From Acidobacteriota bacterium (GTDB lineage: Bacteria; Acidobacteriota; UBA890; WLXD01): a DNA stretch of 64,000 nt. The stretch's first letter is position 1, and each line of letters opens with the position of its first letter. Of this stretch, positions 55,847 to 64,000 are shown piece by piece. Location of the stretch: NCBI GenBank assembly GCA_963666055.2, contig CAXWPH010000007.1, positions 224,001-288,000 on the forward strand, in the 5' to 3' direction. Under the pieces are notes generated by a model. That model was given only the letters and a program-made list of their open reading frames with translations, was not told the origin of the DNA and searched no databases. The position numbers and the translations under genes were made by a program.

Positions 55847-58193
55847 CGATTTGCTGACGTAGCTGCTGGCCTCGACGGGCCCATTCCTGCGCCCGCGCCG
55901 GCTCGCCTGTTCGGTTGTACAGATCGGCGAGCAGAAAGTAGCCGAGGGTCATGTCGGGGGGTTCGAGCTGCTCCGCGATCGCCCCCTCGACCATCTCGAT
56001 GGCGCGCTGCAGGTCGCCGCCGCGCCGCAGCATCAGGCGTGCCATGAAGAGGTTGCCCTGCGCAAAGTCGGTATCGAGCTCGAGCACGCGCTGCAACTGC
56101 CGGTGCTCGTCGTCCTCACGCCCCATCTTTCGGTAGACCATCGCCAGGTTGAAGTGGGCGGCGACGTCCTCGGGAACGGTTTCGAGCTCCTGCAGGTACT
56201 CGCGCACCGCTGCCGCCGGCTCGCCGCGCTGGTCGTGAATCTCGGCCAGCACCGCGTGCACCCCGATCAGCCGATCGTTGAGCTCGAGCGCGGCACGCGC
56301 GTAGCTTTCGGCGTCGTCGAAACGGTCCAGATGGAAGTACACCTGCGCCAGGCCCCCGCGCGACGACGACCCGTCGGGGTTGAGCTCCAGGCATCGCTGG
56401 AACGCGGCTATCGCGTCGTCGAGCTCGCCCTGGCGCCTGAGAACGTCGCCAAGAAGAAAGTACAGCTGGGCGTTGTCGCCCACCAGCTCCAGGCCGTCCC
56501 GAACGGTCTTCTCGGCCTCTTCGAGGCGCCGCAGGCCGACCAGGGCATCGGAGGCGAAGATGTAAGCGTACGGGTCGTCGGGCTTGAGCGGGATGGAAGC
56601 GCTGTAAGCCTCGACCGCCTCCTCCAGGCGTCCCTGCTGGAAGTACAGCTCGCCCAGCGTGTGGTGCGCATCGACAATGCCCGGGTCTTCTTCCAGCACC
56701 TCGCGCAGCAGGCGCTCGGCCTCGGCAAACTCGTCGCGGTTCATCGCTTGCCTTGCTTCAAGCGACTTGTTGTAGATCTCGATCTTGGTGCGCGGACTGG
56801 GCAGATCCGAGCCATCGTCGTCGATCGCCTGGAAGGTCCCGACGTAGCCGAGGCTGACGAGCTTGCGTCGCGTCTCCTCGTCGAGGTCAACGGCGGTCGA
56901 CGAGCTGGCGCCTTCGCTCCACGTGGCGATCTGTTCCTCCGCCGAGCGCGTCATCTCGAAGACCACCGTGTTCAGCGTACCGGCCAGGTTGTGCTCCTCG
57001 GCCGGGTCTTCGATCAGATCGTAGAGCTCCGGGTCCGACGACAGGATGAGCTTGTAGCGCTCGTCGCGCAGCGCCCGCAGATCACTCCAACCGTAGTGCA
57101 ACCGTGCGTACCAGCTCTCGGAGTAGATATATCGCTCCTCGGGCTCGGTCCCTGACTCGAACAACGGTGCGAGGCTGCGACCTTGGAATTCGAGGCCGGG
57201 CTCCAACCCGATGATCTCGAGCACCGTCGGCATGACGTCGACAATCGACACCAGCTCGGAGCGTCGCTGACCACCGTAGTTGCCGAAGGGGACGCGCATG
57301 ATGAGCGGCACGTGCGTTGCCTCGTCGTAGACGAAGAAACCGTGTTGCGCCTCGCCGTGTTCCCCGAGGCTCTCGCCGTGGTCGGCGACGATCACCAACA
57401 GCGTGCTGTCGAGCAGCTCACGCTGGCGCAGCTCCTGCACCAACCGTCCGACCTGGGAGTCAGTGTAGGCGATCTCGCCCAGGTAGGGGCGGCCCGGGTA
57501 CTGCGACTTGTAGGGCTCCGGCGGATCGTAGGGGGCGTGCGGATCGTACATGTGCAACCACATGAAGAAGGGCTGTTCGGGGGCCTGCTGAGAGGCCCGC
57601 TGGGAGGATTCCGGCGCCGGCTGATCGAGCCAATCGATCGCCTGGTCGACCACCTCGCTCGCCGGCCGCTGCACGCTGCCCATGGCGATCACCCGCTGGC
57701 CACGTACGTCGAAGTCGTCGACGTAGTGGTCGAACCCTTGATCGATGCGCCAGCGCCGATCGAGGACGTAGGCCGCGACGAAGCCCCCGGTGCGGTATCC
57801 GGCCGCTCCCAAGACCTCCGCCAGGGTCTCGGCCTCCTCGGGGACGAGATAGCCGCCGTTGTCGATGACGCCATGCAGCAGCGGGTAGTTGCCGGTGAAC
57901 AGCGACGTGTGCGCCGGCAGCGTCAGCGGCGTGGTCGAGTGGGCGTTCTCGAACAGCACCCCGTGGCGCGCCAGGCCATCGATCGCCGGCGTCGAGATAT
58001 CGCTGAAGCCGTAGGCGCCGAGGCGATCGGCGCGCAGCGTGTCCAGCGTCACCACCACCACGTTGTAGGGGCCTTCGCCACGTGCATCGGCGACGCTGCC
58101 CGACGGTGACCCGCCGCTGCATCCGACGGCGCACCAGGCGAGCAGCGTGACCGCAAACCGAGCCCGGGTTGTGCCGCTGCGCCGTAACGCCAT
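55836..58193 (-). CDS. Sulfatase-like (alkaline phosphatase superfamily) lipoprotein with C-terminal TPRs
   Basis: Lipobox AVGC, DTLRAD, TLPAH (no C/S-x-P-x-R), HMYDPH.PY, ADHGE.LGEH, ELYDL..DP.E, L.SLGY, then TPRs. Confidence 0.9.
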   Translation of the reverse strand: MALRRSGTTRARFAVTLLAWCAVGCSGGSPSGSVADARGEGPYNVVVVTLDTLRADRLGAYGFSDISTPAIDGLARHGVLFENAHSTTPLTLPAHTSLFTGNYPLLHGVIDNGGYLVPEEAETLAEVLGAAGYRTGGFVAAYVLDRRWRIDQGFDHYVDDFDVRGQRVIAMGSVQRPASEVVDQAIDWLDQPAPESSQRASQQAPEQPFFMWLHMYDPHAPYDPPEPYKSQYPGRPYLGEIAYTDSQVGRLVQELRQRELLDSTLLVIVADHGESLGEHGEAQHGFFVYDEATHVPLIMRVPFGNYGGQRRSELVSIVDVMPTVLEIIGLEPGLEFQGRSLAPLFESGTEPEERYIYSESWYARLHYGWSDLRALRDERYKLILSSDPELYDLIEDPAEEHNLAGTLNTVVFEMTRSAEEQIATWSEGASSSTAVDLDEETRRKLVSLGYVGTFQAIDDDGSDLPSPRTKIEIYNKSLEARQAMNRDEFAEAERLLREVLEEDPGIVDAHHTLGELYFQQGRLEEAVEAYSASIPLKPDDPYAYIFASDALVGLRRLEEAEKTVRDGLELVGDNAQLYFLLGDVLRRQGELDDAIAAFQRCLELNPDGSSSRGGLAQVYFHLDRFDDAESYARAALELNDRLIGVHAVLAEIHDQRGEPAAAVREYLQELETVPEDVAAHFNLAMVYRKMGREDDEHRQLQRVLELDTDFAQGNLFMARLMLRRGGDLQRAIEMVEGAIAEQLEPPDMTLGYFLLADLYNRTGEPARAQEWARRGQQLRQQIDGG

Positions 58194-58275
58194 CGCTGGT
58201 CGCCTGCAACAGGGAACGGTGAGTCCGGTGGTCAGGGATCGGGTGTCACCAGCGAGGCGTACCGGGGCCCTGCCC

Positions 58276-58313
58276 AAAACAAGTACGGGGGAACGGATCG
58301 CTCCGTCCCCCCG
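58276..58313 (-). terminator. Probable intrinsic terminator after the TonB receptor
   Basis: GC hairpin GGGGGAACGGA-tcgc-TCCGTCCCCC followed on the minus strand by TACTTGTTTT. Confidence 0.6.
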
Positions 58314-58341
58314 GTATCTTGCCGCGAACTCGCGGTCAGGC

Positions 58342-61176
58342 CTAGAAGTTCAAGACGAATCCAAGCCGGATGTTGCGCGGGAAGCGGAGGTTTCGGGTCG
58401 CCGCGAAGGCATCTGACGGGTTGTCGTTGAAGGGGTCGTCCTCGGTTTGGACCCTCGTTATGGTACCGGAGTTGAAGACGTTGAACACGTCCGCCATGAC
58501 GCGCAGCTGCGCCCGCCCGATCGGGTACCGCCCCTCGACTCGGAGATCGAGGTTGACCTGCGTCGGAGTGCGCCGGGAGCCGCGTGGCTCGACGAAGACG
58601 CCGCGGTTACGCCCGGTAAAGTCGACATCGCGGAAGCGGAGACTGCGCTGATAGGGCATACCGGACTGGATCCAGAAGAACCCGCCGACCGCGATATGGC
58701 TGCCGATCCGCGCGCTTCCGGTCGCCTTGATGTTGTGCGGCCGGTCGCCTTCTAAGGGGCCGTCCGCGTTGAAGTGGTTGTTGGGGTTTCTCCAGTTACG
58801 CGAGGGTCCGAGCGACGATCCGCGGTTGTTCTCGAACGCGGTGTCGTCGGTGCCCTTGGTGCGGCCGTAGAAGTACGACAGGTTGGCGCTCCAGCCGTCG
58901 GCGAACCGCTTCTCGAAGCTCAGGCCCACGCCGTCGTACCTGCGCGACTGGGTGAAGCCGTTGAAGTCGAACGGCGACAGGATCGGCAGCCGCTCCGGGT
59001 TCGTGTTCAGAAACTCCGATTCGTCTACGTTCGTCTGATCCCACAGCTGGTAGCTCTCCCCGGTACCCGACGGGGTTTGGTTATCGACTCCGGTGAGGTT
59101 TCGGAATATGCCGTTGCCCAGGCGGTAGTCCATGAAGTCCTTGGTGCGTCGGTTGATGTAGGTGAGCTCGACGCCGATCCTTCGGCTCAGCTGGCGCTCG
59201 ATGCCGACGCTGAACTCGTTGAAGTAGCTCATCCGCAGGTTCGGGTCGATCGGCGTGAGGGGCGACTGGAACTCGGTGAACTCGAGCTCGTACTCGTCGC
59301 CGTTCCAGAAGAAGCCCTGGAATATCGACTCTCCCGGCGCCAAGTACATGCTGGTGATGATCTGCGAATAGTACTTACCGAAGTGTCCCTTCAGGGCCGT
59401 CGTACCGTCGCCCAAAAGGTCATAGGTAAGGCCTATACGTGGTGCGAACCCGGTCTTCGGCTTGAAGGGGGTACCGAAATCATCCGTAACCGCCGGAATG
59501 CCGGTGGCGGCACCCCTATCCGTCACTGCCGAGCCCTGCCAGGAAGTAATGCGTACGCCAGGGTTGATCGTCAGGCGATCGCCGCCGAGCGTCCAGGCAT
59601 CCTGCGCGAAGAACGCGATCGTCCGGTTCTTGGGCTGGTCGTTCTGGGACGGCAGCTCGTACTTGTAGAGCGGCTCGCCGGCATAGTCGATGTAGAACGC
59701 CCCGCCGGTATACCCGGTATGGGTGCGCGTCGGATCGCTCGACGACTGGAACCCCGCCTTGAAGTCGTGCGAGCCACCGAGGAACTCGTCGGCGTAGTGA
59801 CTGATCGAGGCGTTCAGCTGGTAGCGGTTCCGGGTGCGATCGAAGAAGAAGCCCGGGCTCCCGGTCAACAGGCCAGTGGCCTCGTCGACGCGACCAGGAG
59901 GCAGAGGATTGCTCAGGTCGGTATCCGGGTTGATGTCCGTCGCGCCCGGATAGTCTGAGCTGGCGTTGGCGGCCAGGCCGGCGTGAATCTCGAGCACCGT
60001 GTCGGGGTTGAAAATGCGCAGGTAGTCGACGAAGTAGGTGTCCCACTTCCCCCACGGCGCGAATACGGCCTCTGGCGCGACAAACAGGTCGGCCGGGTCC
60101 ATTCCGCTCTCGCGCTCATACGCGATGCTCCCCTGCAGCCTGTCCTTTTCCGAAATTTGCCAGGAGAGCTTACCGAACATTGCCCAACGACTGGCGAACC
60201 CCTCGGTGCCGCCCGAGACCTCGGTCGCAAAGTTCGACTTGGAGCGACGATACGAGCCGTAGCCCCAGAGCGTGTTGGCCGCCAGCGGACCACCGATGTC
60301 GATGTGTTGCTGGTTGTTGTTGTTGATGGTCTGGATGAACTGCGGGTCGTCGGAGTTCTGCGAGTTCCAGCCGTTGGCGCGCACGAAGTAATTCGCCGTG
60401 CCCTGCAGCCGCGGTCCACCGGACTTGGTCACCAGGTTCATCACCATGCCGCTGTAGCCACCGACCTCTGCCGGGGCACCGACGCCGCCGAACGAAGCCT
60501 CGGCGACGTTGTCGACATCCATCTGCATCTCGACCTCGCCGCCCTCGGCGGAGTTCACCAGCACGCCGTCGTAGGAGAACTGGGTCCCCTGATTCGTACC
60601 GCCTAGCGCCGACGCGCCCCGACCTGAGGCACCGCCGGAGCTGCGCGTTCTACCGAGGTTGGCACCCGGTGCCATGCCGAGAAAGTCCGACGCACCGCTG
60701 TTGCTGCGGTTGGCCGGCAGCGCATCGAGGTATTCGTTGCTGAACGTGGTGGTGTTGGAGGACGACCCCCTGACATCGACCAACGGCGCCTCACCGGTGA
60801 CCGTGACGGTCTCCGTCACACCGCCGATCTCCATGGTGAAGTTGACCGCCAAGGTGGCACCCATGCTCACCCGGACGTCGTTCTGCTGCATCGGCCCGAA
60901 GCCTTCCAGCGTCGCGTCGACCGTGTAGAGCCCAGGTGGCAGTGCTGGCGCTCTGTAGCGTCCGTCGATTCCGGTGACCATGACGCTCGGCACCATCAGC
61001 ACCGGGCCGGAAACGGCTACCGTCACACCTGGCAATGGTGCGCCGTCAGGATCCGTAATGGTCCCGTTCAGCGTGCCGGAGCGGCCGGTGGCGCCCTGCG
61101 CCATGACGTTCGTCGGTGTGGTCAGCAACAGGACAAGGGCTGCGGTAATGGAAATCAGCCAAACAGCGCGTCGCAT
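58342..61176 (-). CDS. Oar-like TonB-dependent receptor with N-terminal carboxypeptidase-regulatory domain
   Basis: G.ITD.DGA.LPGVTV, ETVTV.GEAPLVD, VTKSG, QDAW, APRIG.TYD..GDG.T, DVFNVFN, C-terminal Phe. GAGGAGAG RBS. Confidence 0.93.
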   Translation of the reverse strand: MRRAVWLISITAALVLLLTTPTNVMAQGATGRSGTLNGTITDPDGAPLPGVTVAVSGPVLMVPSVMVTGIDGRYRAPALPPGLYTVDATLEGFGPMQQNDVRVSMGATLAVNFTMEIGGVTETVTVTGEAPLVDVRGSSSNTTTFSNEYLDALPANRSNSGASDFLGMAPGANLGRTRSSGGASGRGASALGGTNQGTQFSYDGVLVNSAEGGEVEMQMDVDNVAEASFGGVGAPAEVGGYSGMVMNLVTKSGGPRLQGTANYFVRANGWNSQNSDDPQFIQTINNNNQQHIDIGGPLAANTLWGYGSYRRSKSNFATEVSGGTEGFASRWAMFGKLSWQISEKDRLQGSIAYERESGMDPADLFVAPEAVFAPWGKWDTYFVDYLRIFNPDTVLEIHAGLAANASSDYPGATDINPDTDLSNPLPPGRVDEATGLLTGSPGFFFDRTRNRYQLNASISHYADEFLGGSHDFKAGFQSSSDPTRTHTGYTGGAFYIDYAGEPLYKYELPSQNDQPKNRTIAFFAQDAWTLGGDRLTINPGVRITSWQGSAVTDRGAATGIPAVTDDFGTPFKPKTGFAPRIGLTYDLLGDGTTALKGHFGKYYSQIITSMYLAPGESIFQGFFWNGDEYELEFTEFQSPLTPIDPNLRMSYFNEFSVGIERQLSRRIGVELTYINRRTKDFMDYRLGNGIFRNLTGVDNQTPSGTGESYQLWDQTNVDESEFLNTNPERLPILSPFDFNGFTQSRRYDGVGLSFEKRFADGWSANLSYFYGRTKGTDDTAFENNRGSSLGPSRNWRNPNNHFNADGPLEGDRPHNIKATGSARIGSHIAVGGFFWIQSGMPYQRSLRFRDVDFTGRNRGVFVEPRGSRRTPTQVNLDLRVEGRYPIGRAQLRVMADVFNVFNSGTITRVQTEDDPFNDNPSDAFAATRNLRFPRNIRLGFVLNF

Positions 61177-61223
61177 GTGAGCTCTCCTCGATGGGGCTGC
61201 GGGCAACGTGAGTGGAGTGTGAT

Positions 61224-62000
61224 TCACGGGGTTCCGTCTCGGGCGTGCCGGTCGCCCGGATTCTCGGAGTCCTTTGCCGACGCGGCGGTCGGCTCGGGCT
61301 CCATCGGCAGGTTATCGCCGGCCGGACGCATTCTAGCGTAGGGCCAGCTGTTGGTCTGATAGTCGTGATAGGTCTTCGAACGGTTCTCCTTCAGCACCTC
61401 TATGGCACGCTCAATGCTGCCGGCTTCGATAGCGTCGAGTATCTGGTCGTGCTGCTCGATCGACTCGGTCCACTCGCTGATATGCGAGAACGCCCAGATC
61501 TCCAGGCTCTTCACCTTGGAGCGGAGCTCGTCGAGCATACGCAGCAAGCGATCATTGCTCGAGCCGGCCGACAGGAGGTGGTGAAACTCGTGGTTTACAG
61601 CGATGCCAGCCTTGATGTCCTGTTCGGCGAACGCGGCGCGATAGCTCCGGTTCACTTCCCGAAGCTCCTCCAGAGCGTCGGCGTCGAGCCGCGGGAACGA
61701 CTCCTCTGCGGCCAGCACCTCGAGCGCGCACATGATCGGGTAGAACTCGGCGAGGTCGGCGGCAGATTCCTCGGGCACCCGAAAGCCACGATGGGGAATG
61801 CGCTCGAGAAACCCTTCGGACGCAAGACGACCCAGCGCTTCTCGCACCGGCGTGCGGCTGACCTGCAGTCGCGCGCTCACGTCTTGTTCCCGAATGAATT
61901 CACCAGGCTTCAGGCTCGCGGCCAACACGCGATCTCGGAGGATCTGATAGACCTGATCGGTCAGCGTAGCGGTACGCAGGAGCGGCCAAGTCTCACTCAA
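61224..62000 (-). CDS. GntR-family transcriptional regulator (FCD subfamily); start uncertain (TTG 62000 or upstream)
   Basis: QVYQ.LR..VL, L.VSRTPVREAL..L..EG, N.EFH, S..QH..I..AI. Confidence 0.93.
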   Translation of the reverse strand: MSETWPLLRTATLTDQVYQILRDRVLAASLKPGEFIREQDVSARLQVSRTPVREALGRLASEGFLERIPHRGFRVPEESAADLAEFYPIMCALEVLAAEESFPRLDADALEELREVNRSYRAAFAEQDIKAGIAVNHEFHHLLSAGSSNDRLLRMLDELRSKVKSLEIWAFSHISEWTESIEQHDQILDAIEAGSIERAIEVLKENRSKTYHDYQTNSWPYARMRPAGDNLPMEPEPTAASAKDSENPGDRHARDGTP

Positions 62001-62010
62001 TAACTGCCCA

Positions 62011-62041
62011 TAGTGTATGGAATATTGTATGCAGTATTCGA
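62011..62041. promoter_or_regulatory. Putative GntR operator, copy 6 (autoregulatory array TAGTGTATGGA-A-TATTGTATGCA-GTATTCGA)
   Basis: Tandem copies of the motif directly upstream of the GntR gene. Confidence 0.7.
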
Positions 62042-62264
62042 TTGGCCGTAAAGCTAACGAATCCATACATCTCATGTAAAGGGCTGTGGCCCGAAATCTT
62101 GACGATATTCCGACGATTGCTGACGATGCGCGCGTGCAGCTAGCGCCGCATGTAGAGGAGTGTGGCCCCTTCCGTCGTCACAGCCTGTTGCATACTGACT
62201 ACGGTGACACTGGTGGACTGGAACGGTCCGGCGAACCTAAAGCATGGCGGGGATCAATCTTCGA

Positions 62265-63194
62265 ATGGCGGTCAGAATCGGCGTCGTCGGCTGGGGAGAG
62301 ATCGCGCGCCGACACGCCGATCAGCTGCAACGCGCCGGGGCGCGCTTGGCGGGGGTTGTGGCGCGGCGGCGTCCCGTAGATCTAGAGGTGCCGTGGTTCG
62401 AATCGATCGAGCAGCTGCTGCCACACGTCGACGGCGTAACCATCGCGGTGCCCAACCACCTTCACGCCAGCAACTGTCTTGCCGCCGTACGGGCCGGGCG
62501 AGCCGTCATGGTCGAGAAGCCCTTGTTGATATCCGCCGCCGAGCTCGGCGACCTCGAACGGGTGCTGCCGCATGTCGACGTGCCCGTTCACGTCGGCTTT
62601 CGCCTGCGCTGGAACTCACTGCTCGGGGACCTGCGCGACACCCTACGGAACGCCCGACGGATCGAGTGCTCGTACACACTCGGAATCAACGAGCTCGCCG
62701 CCGGCAAGGACTGGACCCGACGCCAAGACCGCACCGGCGGCGCGTTCTTCACGCTGGGCGTCCACGTGCTCGATCTGGCCCGCTGGCTGAGTCGTGCCAA
62801 CGGTGAGCCGATGGCCGATCTGCGCGCCCGCGCCGACGGGTTGGGCGAAGGGGCCGACTACCCGCTCCGTGCCACCATCAGCGGGCACATTCACGGCATA
62901 CAGCTGCAAGCAACAACCGACACCCGCGGCGACCAGCCGTATCGACTCGACGTGCGCGCCTGGCACCACGACGGCTCAGCACCGCACCACATCTCGCTCG
63001 ACGAAGCCCACGAAGTGATCGAATACGGCGCCTTGCTGCGCGATTTCGTGGAAGCAACGGCGACGGGCCGTGTCGATCAACAGGCGGTAACCGAATACCT
63101 GCAGACGCATCGCGAGCTGCTGCACGCCCGCGAGCTGGCCGCGAACCCCGATTCTGCTGTCGCCCCGGGGAACGGCGGAGACCCGGCGTCGTAA
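62265..63194 (+). CDS. Gfo/Idh/MocA-family oxidoreductase
   Basis: IGVVG.G.IA..H, PN.LH, EKP, GF.LR, GG.F..LGVH.LD. Confidence 0.88.
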   Translation: MAVRIGVVGWGEIARRHADQLQRAGARLAGVVARRRPVDLEVPWFESIEQLLPHVDGVTIAVPNHLHASNCLAAVRAGRAVMVEKPLLISAAELGDLERVLPHVDVPVHVGFRLRWNSLLGDLRDTLRNARRIECSYTLGINELAAGKDWTRRQDRTGGAFFTLGVHVLDLARWLSRANGEPMADLRARADGLGEGADYPLRATISGHIHGIQLQATTDTRGDQPYRLDVRAWHHDGSAPHHISLDEAHEVIEYGALLRDFVEATATGRVDQQAVTEYLQTHRELLHARELAANPDSAVAPGNGGDPAS

Positions 63195-64000
63195 TGACCC
63201 GAGTATGGCGTGCGATCGGTGGCGCGACGATGCTCGCTATTGTCGTGCTCAGCGCCGCTGCAACCGCGCCGGCCAGCTGGGCCGAGCAAGGGGACTCGCG
63301 ACTGGGGGCGGCGCGACGAGCTGTTCTCGACGGTCGAGTCGAGGAGGCGCTCGAATTGCTCGCCAGGCTGGCGAGCGAGCGCCCCGAATCGGGAGAGGTG
63401 GCGCTGTGGCTGGGTCACGCATTGCGACGATCGGGCGATCCGCGCGGCGCGGCGCAGCAGTACGTTCAGGCGATGCGGCTCGACCCGGCGAATGCCGGGG
63501 CGCTCGTTGCGCTGGGTGACATGCAGTCGGACGCTGGCGACCTGGCGAGCGCGCTCGACTACTACGAACAGGCGATCGTGGCGGCCCCGGACTTTCCGCG
63601 CGGCTACCGGAAGGCCGCCGGGATCGAGGTGCAGATGGTGCTGCACCGCAACGCCATCGAACACTTGAGCCAGTACCTCGAGATGCGCCCCGGCGATGTC
63701 GTGGCGATGAGCCTGCTCGGGATGGAGCAGTACCTGGACGAGGATATCGACGGTGCGATCGCCACCCTGGAACGCGTCGTCGAGCTGGACCCGGATCACG
63801 TCAAAGGCCACTTCGGGCTCGGAATGGCGCTGGCGGATCGACCCGCGGAGTACGAACGCGCCTTGACGCACCTGGGCACGGCCGCCGGCGGCGATCCCGA
63901 CAACGCCATGGTGCACTATCTGATCGGGCGGATCCGTGCATCGCGGGGAGAGCTCGAGCCGGCCCTGGAAGCGCTGCGCGCCAGCCTGGCGATCGACTCC
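63194..64000 (+). CDS. Secreted TPR protein (3'-truncated; absent from the ORF track)
   Basis: ATG overlaps the upstream TAA (TAATG). MTRVWRAIGGATMLAIVVLSAAA signal, then TPRs; frame stays open to the window end. Paralog of 1..861. Confidence 0.85.
   Translation, partial: MTRVWRAIGGATMLAIVVLSAAATAPASWAEQGDSRLGAARRAVLDGRVEEALELLARLASERPESGEVALWLGHALRRSGDPRGAAQQYVQAMRLDPANAGALVALGDMQSDAGDLASALDYYEQAIVAAPDFPRGYRKAAGIEVQMVLHRNAIEHLSQYLEMRPGDVVAMSLLGMEQYLDEDIDGAIATLERVVELDPDHVKGHFGLGMALADRPAEYERALTHLGTAAGGDPDNAMVHYLIGRIRASRGELEPALEALRASLAIDS

Noticed and set aside
4492-58345. Nine genes end in C-TAG (CTAG), the apparent MITE target site
   Set aside because: C-ending last codons before TAG are expected at this GC content; it needs a genome-wide count to mean anything.
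62086-62379. 97-aa ORF between the GntR and oxidoreductase genes
   Set aside because: No motif, atypical composition, and it overlaps the Gfo/Idh/MocA start; more likely promoter DNA.
63077-63916. 279-aa minus-strand ORF and short plus-strand ORFs at the right edge
   Set aside because: Shadows of the real TPR gene that starts at 63194 and runs off the window.

Overview
GC-rich (roughly two-thirds by eye) bacterial DNA, probably Acidobacteriota-like (inferred from the GWxTD, CRTAC1/ASPIC-UnbV, sulfatase-TPR, VPS10 and Oar-type TonB receptor genes). It holds about 48 CDSs and no rRNA, tRNA, CRISPR array, integrase or transposase. From about 0.9 to 44 kb is a dense catabolic region: five M24-fold, three tandem M14, one M28 and one HEXXH metallopeptidase, one M29/NicX-fold enzyme, two racemase-family proteins, a ureohydrolase, an SDR, an AKR, a propeller glycosidase, a pentaheme-cytochrome/propeller/ThuA trio, and ABC, TRAP, MFS and TonB uptake systems. 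From about 44.5 to 64 kb is a block of secreted or envelope proteins plus a GntR regulator. One AT-rich motif (TATTGTATNCR) lies in all five divergent promoter regions and upstream of the M28 operon. This suggests a single GntR regulon of about 60 kb that works as a peptide/amide utilisation locus. Many of its enzymes have non-canonical active-site residues. Features not obvious from the ORF track: a 274-bp MITE that separates the M28 peptidase from its signal peptide, a collapsed toxin-antitoxin scar, a sodium:solute symporter remnant with a Trp-to-stop change, and paralogous TPR genes at both window edges. All family calls come from reading motifs by eye; no database searches were run.
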